Source of the DNA: Salpingoeca rosetta
Taxonomy: Eukaryota; Protista; Choanoflagellata
NCBI GenBank assembly: GCA_033442325.1
Contig: JAWQFM010000016.1
Span: 1,456,514 to 1,484,697, forward strand
Reading direction: 5' to 3'
Length of the DNA stretch: 28,184 nucleotides
Position 1 is the stretch's first letter. Each line of letters starts with the position of its first letter. The notes beneath the pieces were generated by a model. That model had not been told where the DNA came from, did no database searches, and saw only the letters and a program-made list of their open reading frames with translations. The translations under genes and the position numbers were made by a program. Shown here piece after piece: positions 10,974-22,082 of this stretch.

Positions 10974-12535
10974 ATGCAGTGCGGAGGGGGAAAGCAGAGG
11001 AGGGGGCAGGAAGGTGAACACGTCTGCTGTGCTCACATGCCATACCTGTGCCTTGTGTGTGTTGATGTTGTTGTGTCTTGTCGTTGTGTGTTGGTTGCAT
11101 GGACACCAGGGCCACATCAGTGGAGGGGAAAGCAGCCGCCATGAACGACACATCATCATCAACCCTTCCCCATTTCGCTCTCCTTTCTCTCCTCTTCCAC
11201 CACAGCTCAGCTGTCACCACCATCACCCCCATCATCGCCATCGACCGCACAGCCGCCATCACACGCCGGCCGACGCTAACCCTGATCTGGCGTGAGGCAG
11301 ACATTGCACATGTCAGTCGCTCTGATGAAGAGGTGAGTGAGGTGTGTGTGTGTGCATGGTGGTGGTGGGGACAACATGTGTGCGTGTGGTTGTGTGTGAA
11401 TGCGCGTGGTTCGATGGGGCTGGCGTGTGGTTGATGATGCTTTGCTGTCAACCTCACCACCCTGCATTCTCTCCCATCTTGTGTCTGTGCACACACACAG
11501 TTCACAGCGTTGAGGAGGTGCATGAAGCGGTGGAACCAACGACGATGACGATGACGATGATGAAGGTGAGAGGGGCGACTGATATATATGTGTGTGTGTG
11601 TGGTTGACACGCTGTGCTTCCTTCTTCGCTTCCCTCTTTCCTTTTCTGTTCTGTCCACTCATGTGTCTCTTCTTCTTCTCCCCCTTTTCGATTGATTTGG
11701 ACACAGGGTCATGCATCCCGCTTCCATCCAACCGACCAGCCAAGCAGCCGAGCGAGCAAGCAAAGGACACGGCGTGGCAAGGGGCCGTTTGTTTTCACCG
11801 TTTCCACCACCAGCAGCAGCAACAACAGCTGATGTGTGGCTGCATTTGGATGAACGGGCCCTCTGTATCTTGTCCATCTCCTCCTCGTCGTCGCCGTCAT
11901 TGGTCCCCAACAGCAGCGGCTGCGGCCATAGATGTGGAGGTGAGATGAATGGTGGTGGTGGTGGTGATGTGGGTGGTGTGTGATGTGTTGGGTGTGAGCA
12001 TCAGCATGTATATGTGTGTGATTGTGAATTGCTGCTTGGATGTCGTTGGGTCTGTTGGTGCTGGCAATGGGCGTGGTTGTCGTTGACAGCCTCATTCTGT
12101 GACAACTCACCTCTTTCTTCACACGTACAGGGTGTATTGTGCGTCGATGTGCTGTTGCCTCGCATGACGACGATGATGATGGTGGTGAGTGGTTTGTGGT
12201 GGATGTGGACGGCGCACGCACACGCATGTGCAGATGTGCTGCTTGTGGTTGTGGTGTGTGGTGTCTGTGTGTGGGGATGTGAAATGTGCGTGCACCGGTG
12301 ATGATGTGGGTGATGTGAATGTGGCAAAGGAGGTGGATGTGGTTTGTTTCTGCCATGCTGGCTCACTGCGTCGTGTTCTTCTTGCTGATTTGTTGTTTGC
12401 GCTTGCGCATGTGTGCATGTGTGTGATTTGCTCAGGACGGTGACCGATCTCTTCCCAAGCCCTCATGACACGAGCAGGGCGATACACGCACACACAAATG
12501 TGCGAGAAAAGAAGACACAAGGTGAGACGCTGCCG

Positions 12536-12567
<32 letters not shown>

Positions 12568-14733
12568 TGATGGGGTGGTAGTACTCATTCGCACGCACGT
12601 ACACACACGCATATACACATGCATGCCAACACATCAGAGCAGTCATTGGCTGTGGGGTGGTTGCACTGACGTGTGTCTCACATGAATCAATCTCACAACT
12701 CAAATGTGTGTGTGTGTGCGTGGCTGCAGGCGGACGTTGTGCGGGTTTCCCCAACCGAATCCCCTTCCTCCTTTCCCAACCAATCGCCTTTGCTCTGTGT
12801 CATCATCATCGTCAGCCTTCCCCCCATGTGATGTGCAGCTGCTGAGGCGTGATCGAGACAGCGGCCAACACAGGTATTGCAGTGGTGGATGCAGTGGATG
12901 TGGTGATATTTTGTGCCTGCCTGCTGGCTCGCTTGGTTGCTTGCTTCGTTGGTCTTGTGTGTATCTGGTTCACCCGCCCACAACATGCCGCATATTCTAA
13001 TGCGTGATCCCTTGTGTCCCTCCTTTCCTGTCCTCACCACCACCGGTCATTGTTGTTCGTCTCTGGTTGGTTTCTTTTTGCCTCACAGGAAGGCAGGCAT
13101 CTTGCTGTCGCTGCTGCTGCTGGTGCTGGTGTGATGATGGCCGTGCCTGTGCGTGTGCGCTGTGCACCGTGTTTGGGGCTGCACCGATGAGGACAAGGAA
13201 GGACACGGCCCGTGCCCACCACTCTTCCCCCTTCATCTCCTCTTTCTGCTCCATCAGCGGTGACGATGGTGGCCGTGGCGTGTGACTGCGCTTCCTTTTT
13301 GTTTGGCTTCGCTGTGGCCCATCGGCTGGCTGGCTGCATCAAGCACAGGTGAGGATGATCGTTGGCGGTTGGTTGGTGGCTGGGTTGAGTCGAGTGGGGC
13401 AAGCAGGGGAAGGAGGGGAAGTAACACGGTGATGGTGGTGTGGTGGTGCGACGTGGGAGTGCAGAGCGAAAGGAGGGAGAGGGAAGGGAAGTAATAGGAG
13501 GGCGCTGCTGTTGGTTGGGGATGGGGGTGCGCGTGCACATGCACGTGAATCGTGTGGTGGTGGTATCACATGACAATGACACATATATCAGTGGCTCATT
13601 CCTTTGCTTACACCTGTGATTGTGATTGTGTGATTGTGGTTGTGATGATGACTGCAGCAGGCAACACACGGCGGTGGACGCTGGATTGGATTGGCTGGGG
13701 TTGACTGGCCGTCGTGTCGTGTCGCCCATTTCTCTCTCTCCCCTTGCACATCTTAACTGGGAACACACACACAGCGATGTGTGCGTGTGCGCGTGCGTGT
13801 GTGCGCAGCGCCATCAACCACGCCGACAGCGACATGATGAACGAGGTGAGGGCACGCAATGCCGTGTGTGTTTGGTGGAAGAGGTTGAGGGGAAGTGGGG
13901 AACGCGTTCATCATGGCCATCATCTCCACCACGGCTGTGCACCTGGTCATGTGACCGTGCAAATGGGGGATGGAGATGAGGGGAGAGATGCTGTTGTTGT
14001 GGTGGCTGTGGTTGTGGTTGCATTGCTGTGCATGCGTGTGCATGGTGCGCTGTCTCACTCTGCAATGCCATGTCTGACTGTGCGTGTGTGTGTGTGTGTG
14101 TGATTGCAGATGTGCGTGCGCGTGTGCGCATATGCCAAGCAGATGCGTTGATCGACGACGGTGTGTGTGTGTGTGATTGGGGTTGTCCTTCGTGTCCTTG
14201 TGCCATCACAACAACACGCACAACACCAAGCACACCATCATCATTGCGCCCCATGTGTCGCTGTTGTTGCTCATTCACGCATGGCATGCTCACATCCACC
14301 CCTTGCTTCTTCTTCTTCCTCCTCCTCCTCTCTGCGACTGCCATCCATTCCACTGTTTCCCACCACCCCCTTTTCACACACACCACAGAGGAACCCATCC
14401 ACATCCAACACCCATGCCCACACATCCACACATGACACGCCATGGCGAGCTGTGCCACCTCAACCAACCCAACCCAACCCAGGCCAAGGAAAGGATGGAG
14501 GGAAAGCAAGGACAGAAGACGTGGGGCTCCCAACAGATGTGTGTGCGTGCGTGCGTGTGTGTTGATGGACGGTGTTCTCCTTCCCCCGCCCCTCCGTCGC
14601 CTCACCTCTTTCTTCCATGGCGATCTGGCTGGGTGGCTGTTGCCCCCTTCCCCTTGTTTGTTGTCTGTTCCAGCCCTTTGTGGCTGTTGGTTGTCTGTTG
14701 TGACTGTGAGAAGGAGGGAGGAGGAAGTCCACA

Positions 14734-14775
<42 letters not shown>

Positions 14776-17700
14776 GTTCTTCTTCTTTTCCATCCCCCCT
14801 TTCTTCTCCCCTTCTCTTCTTCCCTCCTCAGCCTGCAAGGCCTGTGAGCCTGCGTTGCATTCACACACTCTACAGTGTTATTCCCCCTCCTTCCCCTCCT
14901 CCTCCTTCTCCTTCTTGTCTCATTGAAACCAACCAAGCAACCAAGCAACCAAGCAACCAAGTCCGCCCTTCAACAAGCAAAAGCAACAGCAAACAGCAGT
15001 TGCCGCACAAACACAGCAGTGGGCAATTATTTGTGGCATCTTCCACAAATCGCCCAAACACGAACCAACAAGACCAACACACACAAACAAGCAACAGGCG
15101 ACACGCGAAACGCGAATCGAGGTGTGAGCGGGTGGTGGTGGCTTGCGTTGTTCGTGTGCGTGGCTGGCGCAGGGTTGGTGGAGAGGAGGAAGAGGGTGCG
15201 CGTTGTGACGGGCACTCACTGGCGGTTCTGTTGTGGGTGGTCTCGTTTGGTTCCATGGACTGTGTGGGGTGTGGTGGGTGATGGTGTGATGGTGAACAGG
15301 TGCAAGCAGAAAACACGCACAGCAGCGCCACTCCATGGATGTGTGCAGGGCTAAAGGCACGCAAGGCATTGCCCACGGTCGGTGAGGCTGACATATGTGC
15401 TGCACAGGCTCATGGCACGCTGGCACCGTGAGTCTGGGTGGGTTCTATCAATTGGTTTGACTGCTGTGTGGGTGCGTGTGTGTTTGTGCTTGTGTGAAGG
15501 ATGGAGAGGTGGGACGTGGCTGCGGTGGGTGTTGTGATCTCACACGTACTCCTGCTGCTGTGGATGCATTTGGCTCACACGCACACAGAGAGGGATGATG
15601 GGCTGCATCGACCCACACACGTGTGTGAACACACACACGCACACACACACATGGTGACAGGCAGTCTGATGCCACCTCACGGTGCGTTGCACTTGCGTCT
15701 GTGTGACTGTGACTGTGTGCATGTCGCTCATGCTGTGTCTGCTTGTGATTCACACTGTGTGTGTGTGTGTGATGGCTGCTTGCTTCCCTCTGTCTCACAC
15801 ACATGTGTGTATTGATGGTGACACGCACAGGCACACAGTGAGTGGGTGTGCAGACACACATTCCCACACAGGCAGCCAGACAGGGCACACTCTGCCTTCT
15901 CTCCCTCTCTCCCTCTCCTGCTGTGCTGCCACCACCATCGCTGCTGCATGGATGGACCAGTGGATGCAAGGGGTGTTGGATGACGCTGGCTGGCTGATGT
16001 CCTTCCCTTGATGTGTGTGTGTGTGTGTTGCAGCACTGCTGCTGCTCTTGTTTCCCCTGATTGTGTTTGTTGTGTCTGTTGTGCGTTGCTGCTTCTGTGC
16101 TTGCGTGTGTGTGTGTGTTCACCACAACCACGTCGTGTGCGCCCATCACCATCGTCTGTGCTCACGCACCTCCCATCTCTCCTTTTCTTCTTCTTCTTCT
16201 GCTCCCTTCCCTCTTCCCTCTTCGTCATCCCCACACGCACATGCACACACACATGGACGCTTGTGCAGGGGAAGTGCAGGCTGTTTGTTGGAACACATGG
16301 CAAGGCACGCACAACCAAGCAAGGACACGAGCAAGCAAGGACACAGGACAAGCAAGCAAGACGTGGGGCTGCCATAGACCACGCACCTCGTTGGAGACGG
16401 AGGGGAGCGTGAGCGGGTGGCGTTGACTGTGCCGTGTTGTGTTGTGTTGTTGTTGTTGACAGCGTGCACGTCTCTCTCTCTCCTTGCCTCCTTTTCCTTT
16501 CCCTTTCTCTTCTCTTGCCACAGCATGCACACTGCTGCTGCTGTTGTTGTTGTTATTGGCTGAAGGTGATGATGGCGGTTGATGGGGGAGTGAAGCGGTG
16601 TGACGCTGCATGCAGCTGTCGCTTTTTGTGTGTGTTGCTTGCAGTTGATATGGGGATGCTTCCTCGCTTATTCTTGCCACGTGCGTGTGTGTGTTTGCTT
16701 GCTGTCGTGTTGCTGAAGTGTAATGAAAGTATACAATGCAACACGCATGTGCAGCCGTGTGTATCGTGTGATGCTGCTGCTGGTGTGGATGGTTGCGGTG
16801 AAGCCAACATAGTGTGTGTTGTTGTGATGTGGATTGGATTGGTGGTGAGCTAGGCGTGTGGCTGTGGAGTGGGTGCTGCATGCCGGTGAGGACAGCAGCT
16901 GCTGTGAACGTGGGAGTGTGGGGGAGAAGGATGAAGCGGGTGATGATGGCAGCGACTTGTAGTGGTGGTGGTGGATGTGAACAGGGCTGACGGTGAAGAA
17001 GGCGGCAGTGTTGGCTTAGTGGGTTTACGACGTGGTGCAACACATGCAGCATGAAACATGAACGAGGCAGGGAAGGGCAAGGGAAGGGGAAAGAGTGGCG
17101 GCACAAAGTAGTGAACAGGGACAAGGGAAGGCATGCAAGCACATGGAAACAGCAACAGCAGTGGCAAGAATTGAAACAAGACAGGAAGGGTGGTGGAACG
17201 CAGGTGAAATAGACAAACAAGGCTTGTGGTGACAAGGTGGTGACAGAAGGGGATGAAGGGAAGCACAAATGCACACAGTGGGTTGGTTGTGGTCCTGTGT
17301 TGTGTGAAGTGAAGTGAAGGACGAGTGATGTTGTGTGGAGAGGTGCTGTGTGGTGGTGAGTGGATGGAAGAGAGGGGGAGAGACAAGGATGAATGAAGCA
17401 TATGGCAGCAAGTGCAAAGCAACAATGCAACACATGGAATGTGGAAAGGCAAAGGGAAGAGAGAAAGGCGCAAGTGAGTTAAGGGTGGGACAAAGGGACG
17501 AAGCAGCATTTGCATAGCTCTGTGTGTGTGCGTGTGTGTGTGTGTTGTGTTGTGATTGTGGAGGTGGAGCAAAGGAAGCAGAAGCAGAAATATTGTAGCA
17601 CGCGTGCACGTAGAGAGAAGGTGGAGGGGGAAGAGGAGAAGACGATTGCAGCAAGCTTCTTACACACCTGATCATATCGCTGCTGGAGGCGAGAGAGGAA

Positions 17701-17987
17701 GCGCAGGTCATGTTGGAGCGTGAATCCAAGGATCGAGGCGATTCTGCTGGGTGAAGTGGAGCGGCGTGGAGTGAAGTGGTGAGGGGGGTGACAGAGCGGT
17801 GTGTGAGTGATGGTGTGGATTGATAAAGGGTCGGTTGCAGGTGCGTGCATGATGGGTGATGCTGTGGAACAGTGGGGAGTGAGTGGAGGAGTGTTGTGAA
17901 GTGAACAAGGTGGAAGCAAGGAAAGTTGTGGGTGCTTGCAAGCAACACGCACAGAGCAAGCAAGCGTACGCATGAAGCGTCTGCAGC

Positions 17988-18460
17988 GAGTAGACGGACG
18001 TAGTGGAGTGAATCCAAACAAGCAGGAGAAGTTGTGAGTGTTTGCAAGTAACACAACAGTGAGTAGACGGATGGAGTGGAGTGAATCCAATGCAAGCAGG
18101 AGATGTTGTGAGTGCCTGCGAGTAACACAGCAGTGAGTTGACAGATGTTGTAGAGTGAATCCAATGCAAGCAGGAGATGTTGTGAGTGCTTGCGAGTGAG
18201 TAGAGGGATGTAGTGGAGTGAATCCAATGCAAGCAGGAGAAGTTGTGAGTGCTTGTGAGTGAGTAGACGGGTGTAGTGGAGTGAATCCACTGCAAGCAGG
18301 GAAGTTGTGAGTGTTTGCGAGTGAGTAGAAGGATGTAGTGGAGTGAACGGGAGAAGTTGTGAGTGGTTGTGAGTAACACAGCAGTGAGTAGAGAGATCGC
18401 TGTGGAGTGAATCAAATGCAAGTAGGAGAAGTTGTGAGTGGTTGTGAGTAACCCAACAGC
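17988..18460. repeat. Minisatellite, 7 copies of a 62-75 bp unit plus a degenerate copy at about 17881-17950
   Basis: Consensus GAGTAGACGGATGTAGTGGAGTGAATCCAATGCAAGCAGGAGAAGTTGTGAGTGCTTGCGAGT(AACACAGCAGT). Units start at 17988, 18061, 18135, 18198, 18261, 18323 and 18386. Confidence 0.95.
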
Positions 18461-18959
18461 ACTGCACAATCGCATGCAAGTGTGCTTGCAGTGAGCAGAG
18501 GATTGCTACTCATCCAATCCGCTTTAATCAGAAACACGTCCCCGTGCCTGCAGGCAACATCTACACACAAACGCATGCATACACACGTGTACGCGTGTCC
18601 CTTGCGCTGCTCCTCGTCGTTCTCTGCATGCTTGCTTGTCTCTTGTTCAATCACATGGAAACGAATCCATCCTTGCTGCACTTTGGTTTGCTCCTTCTTG
18701 CTTCAGCGCAGCGTGCCTGCAGGCAAGTAGAAGTGCGCACAGTGCAGTGTGCTCGTGCGCACGTGTGCCTGCAAGCCAGCCACGTGGTCTTGTGCTTGTT
18801 GCTGCAGCTCAAGCATGGTGCAGCGACGTTTGCTCGCTTGCTCATTTGATCACCGGAGTAGGGAGACTGGGGCGGTGAAGTCAAAAAGCGGGTGCAGAAA
18901 AAGTGCGATCATGTGATGAAAAAAAGGCTCAATACTGTCATGAGTAGTGTCTGAACACT

Positions 18960-19059
18960 NNNNNNNNNNNNNNNNNNNNNNNNNNNNNNNNNNNNNNNNN
19001 NNNNNNNNNNNNNNNNNNNNNNNNNNNNNNNNNNNNNNNNNNNNNNNNNNNNNNNNNNN
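18960..19059. other. Assembly gap (100 N)
   Basis: A run of exactly 100 N, typical of a placeholder gap of unknown size. Confidence 0.99.
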
Positions 19060-19067
19060 GTGTATGT

Positions 19068-19138
<71 letters not shown>

Positions 19139-19307
19139 TGTGTGTGCGTGTGTGTGCGTGTGTGTATGTGTGTGCGTGTGTGTGTATGTGTGTGTGTGTC
19201 TGTGTGTGCGTGTGTGTGTATGTGTGTGTATGTGTCTGGGCGTGCGAGCGTGTCTTTGTGTGTGTGTGTGTGCGTGTATGTGTGCGTGTGTGTGTGTGTG
19301 TGTGTGT
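19060..19307. repeat. Long imperfect (TG)n abutting the assembly gap
   Basis: Visible directly in the sequence. Confidence 0.9.
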
Positions 19308-19429
19308 TTTTGTGTCTGTGGAAGTGCTTCGGTTGTTTCGGCTGCTTCGGTTGCTTTTTGGTTTGCTTGATGCACCCACGCCATCATGGCGATCGCTGAT
19401 GTATGCATCCACTGTGACGCCAATGCCAG

Positions 19430-20774
19430 GAGCTGCGCCAACTGCCGGGCAACGATGCGTGTGCACACTGCGGTGACAGTGATCCAACATGGGCCAGCGT
19501 CTCTCTCGGCCTGTAAGCTGCGATGCCGTACCGTGCTTACCCACGCTTGCGTGCTGGCCTGCTCGTTCTGTGCTTGTGTTTGTGCCGATCCATGTGGGCA
19601 TTTGGAAGTCGTGATGGCAGGTGTGCCGTTTTGGTTTGTCTGTCGTGCACACGTGCGGATTCAAAGAGGTGCTGCCCACAGGTGCTGTGTTATCGTTGTT
19701 TTGGGTGTGCTGTGCGCTCACGGCTTGCCATGCGCCGCTGTTTTGTTTTTGTTTTGTTTTCACACCACTCCTAGATTGCTGTGCCTCAAGTGCTCTGGCG
19801 TGCACCGCGGTCTCGGCGTCAACATCAGTTTTGTTCGATCAGGTGTGTGACGTGATGACGGACATGAAGAAGCCCATGCAGCAGGAGGCAAAAAGCTGGG
19901 GTTTTGCTTGAGCTCAACGAGGGTGTCGCATCACGGCATTAGCACACATGACATCTTGTTCACAACACAGACCACACACCGCGTTTCACCCTGGCGCTCA
20001 TTGGTACAATTGCGTACGTGTGTTGCATGCAAACGTGTGTGTAGTCACACTCGATCAGTGGTCTTCACAACAAATTGCCATGATGAAAGCTGGTGGCAAT
20101 GCATCCTTTCTTGAAACCTGTCCTGGTATCGTCAACACGTGCACGTGCTTGTGTGTGCAAGAGACAGAGAGTATGTGTGTATGGATGTGCTTGCATGTGT
20201 GTGTGCTTGTGTGAGTGTGTGTGTGTGTGCTTGAGTGTATGGGTGTGCTTGCGTGTGTATGTATGCTTGTGTGAGTGTGTATGCGTGTGTGAGTGTTCGC
20301 ATTGTTCGTATTGGTGTTCGTATGGTCTGTGTCTCTTCTGTCTGTGCCGCACTTCCTTCACTGCCCATGCTCATTTGTTTCCCTGTTACCGTAGACCGAG
20401 ACTACTTCAGCGAAGAAGCCGAGATGTATCGCAGGGTACGTGTTGACATGCATTGATCACGCACGCGTACCTCCTCCGCCTCCTCCTCCTCCTCCACCCT
20501 CCTCCTTATCTTGCTGTTGCTGAGCCAGTGTGCAAGTGCGTTGTGCTCCCATGATGGTCTGATGCCAGTGTGTACTTGCTACACACGTTTTGAATCACGC
20601 CATCTGACGCAAGTCCACTCGGCCACTGCCCCACGTGCTCTTGTGCCTCTTTCTCATGCGGAACAACGCAGACCTTGAAAGCGAGCGTGAGTGGCGAGCA
20701 AGCGGAAGAGCTGACAGAACGCGACAAGAAGCAACTTGCACAGATGAAGCAAAACTACAGCAAATCACGTGAGT

Positions 20775-20825
<51 letters not shown>

Positions 20826-21546
20826 TGACTGTGAGTGTGTGTGTGTGTATGTGTGTGTGTGTGTGTTCGGGGGAGGTGGATACTGGAGCTCCCGCTCATC
20901 CGCTGCTGGTGTTATGCCTGTCTGCTGGTTATCCTGCCTGCCTGTGCTCACGCTTCAATGCCACCACCACCACATTGCACGCCATGCAGAACAACATTTT
21001 ATCACTCACCAGGATGCGCCCTCGTGGATTCCAGACTCAACCTCGCCCGCTTGCCAGCAGTGTCATCAGAAGTTCACCATTGTTCGACGAAGGTGTGTGA
21101 GTTTGTCTGTGTGTCTCTGTGTCTCTGTGTCTATCTACATGTCTCTGTCTGTGTGTGTGTCTGTGTATGTCTGTGTGTGTGTCTGGATGTCTCTCTATCC
21201 CTCTGTCTTTCTGTGTCTCTGTCTTTCTGTTTGTGAGAATGTTGTGAATGCATGCGCTCATACTCAAAGCAGCATTATCCCGTGCAGCAGCACATCCGTC
21301 GATCTCGCATGCACGCTAATCCCACGCCCCCCCCCCCACCCCAACCCCCCAACAAACCCCCATCACCGCCGCCTTCACAGACACCACTGTCGCCACTGCG
21401 GGCGCCTCGTGTGCTCCACGTGTGCACCGCAGAACAACACCAAGCCCATCCCCAAGTTTGGCATCACAAAACCTGTTCGCCACTGCCTCCAGTGCTACAC
21501 ATCGCCCTTTGCGCGCGCAAGCAGAGGACAAGCCGACACCCTCTAG
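19430..21546 (+). CDS. ArfGAP zinc-finger + FYVE domain protein (start codon uncertain)
   Basis: Exons 19430-19512, 19775-19842, 20045-20125, 20395-20435, 20672-20768, 20990-21092 and 21381-21546, phase-compatible. ArfGAP: [56 protein letters not shown]...KAGGN (C-x2-C-x16-C-x2-C-x4-R). FYVE: WIPD...CQQC...[21 protein letters not shown]...PVRHCLQC. Confidence 0.93.
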
Positions 21547-21914
21547 CTCGTGTTGTGTGTGTGTATGTGTGTGTGTGTGTGTGTGTTGGCATTTCACTCG
21601 CTTCGCTTCCTCTTGCTTTGCTTTCTTTTCCTTCGCTTTGCTTTCGCTTCCGTGCCTGTCTTGCTCGTGTGTTCGCTTCCTGCGTCAATGAGTGGCTCTG
21701 GTTTGTTCCTGTCATTTCCTGCGTGTCACGCTTCAACACCAACATCAACACCATTGACAGCCACAACTCGCCATGGCTGCCCTCCTTTGCTTTGCTGTAC
21801 TCGTCACTCGCCACTTGGCACGTTATCCCCATCCTGTCGCACACGGTCATTTTGGTTGGCGCATTTTAAATTGTAACCGAACATCATCATACTCCAGCGG
21901 CAACGCAAGTCAAC

Positions 21915-21935
21915 GCACACGCACAAACAAGCACG

Positions 21936-21980
<45 letters not shown>

Positions 21981-22012
21981 CAACACACAACAACACACAC
22001 ACACACACACAC

Positions 22013-22045
<33 letters not shown>
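21915..22045. repeat. (CA)n followed by (CT)n, directly upstream of the first CLC exon
   Basis: Visible directly; a possible mis-join point. Confidence 0.9.
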
Positions 22046-22047
<2 letters not shown>

Positions 22048-22082
22048 GCGCACTCACTCGACCGCCACCGCCGCCACTGTAG

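Noticed and set aside
11776-11793. GKGPFV peptide resembling the CLC GKEGPFV motif (possible missing CLC N-half)
   Set aside because: It lacks the Glu, has no flanking CLC similarity and is separated from the CLC exons by another same-strand gene; likely chance.
7895-13355. CAG|GTGAG sites (7902, 8250, 13348) as zero-length exons or recursive splice points
   Set aside because: CAG|GTGAG is also the ordinary donor consensus, so the two cannot be distinguished without RNA data.
17988-18460. CRISPR-like array
   Set aside because: Whole units are repeated with no unique spacers, there are no cas genes and the context is eukaryotic.
17025-18479. 484-aa and 255-aa minus-strand ORFs with 21-aa repeats
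   Set aside because: They derive from the minisatellite. Several unit lengths (73, 74, 62) are not multiples of 3, so the peptide repeat changes frame, and there is no recognisable domain.
18913-18954. Box C (GTGATGA) and box D (CTGA) snoRNA-like pair
   Set aside because: It spans only about 42 nt, has no convincing terminal stem or recognisable guide, and abuts a gap.
19852-19911. Intronic box C-like GTGATGA or SECIS-like ATGA...AA...GA in an ArfGAP intron
   Set aside because: There is no canonical CTGA box D, the stem is weak, it is not in a 3' UTR and no gene has an in-frame TGA.
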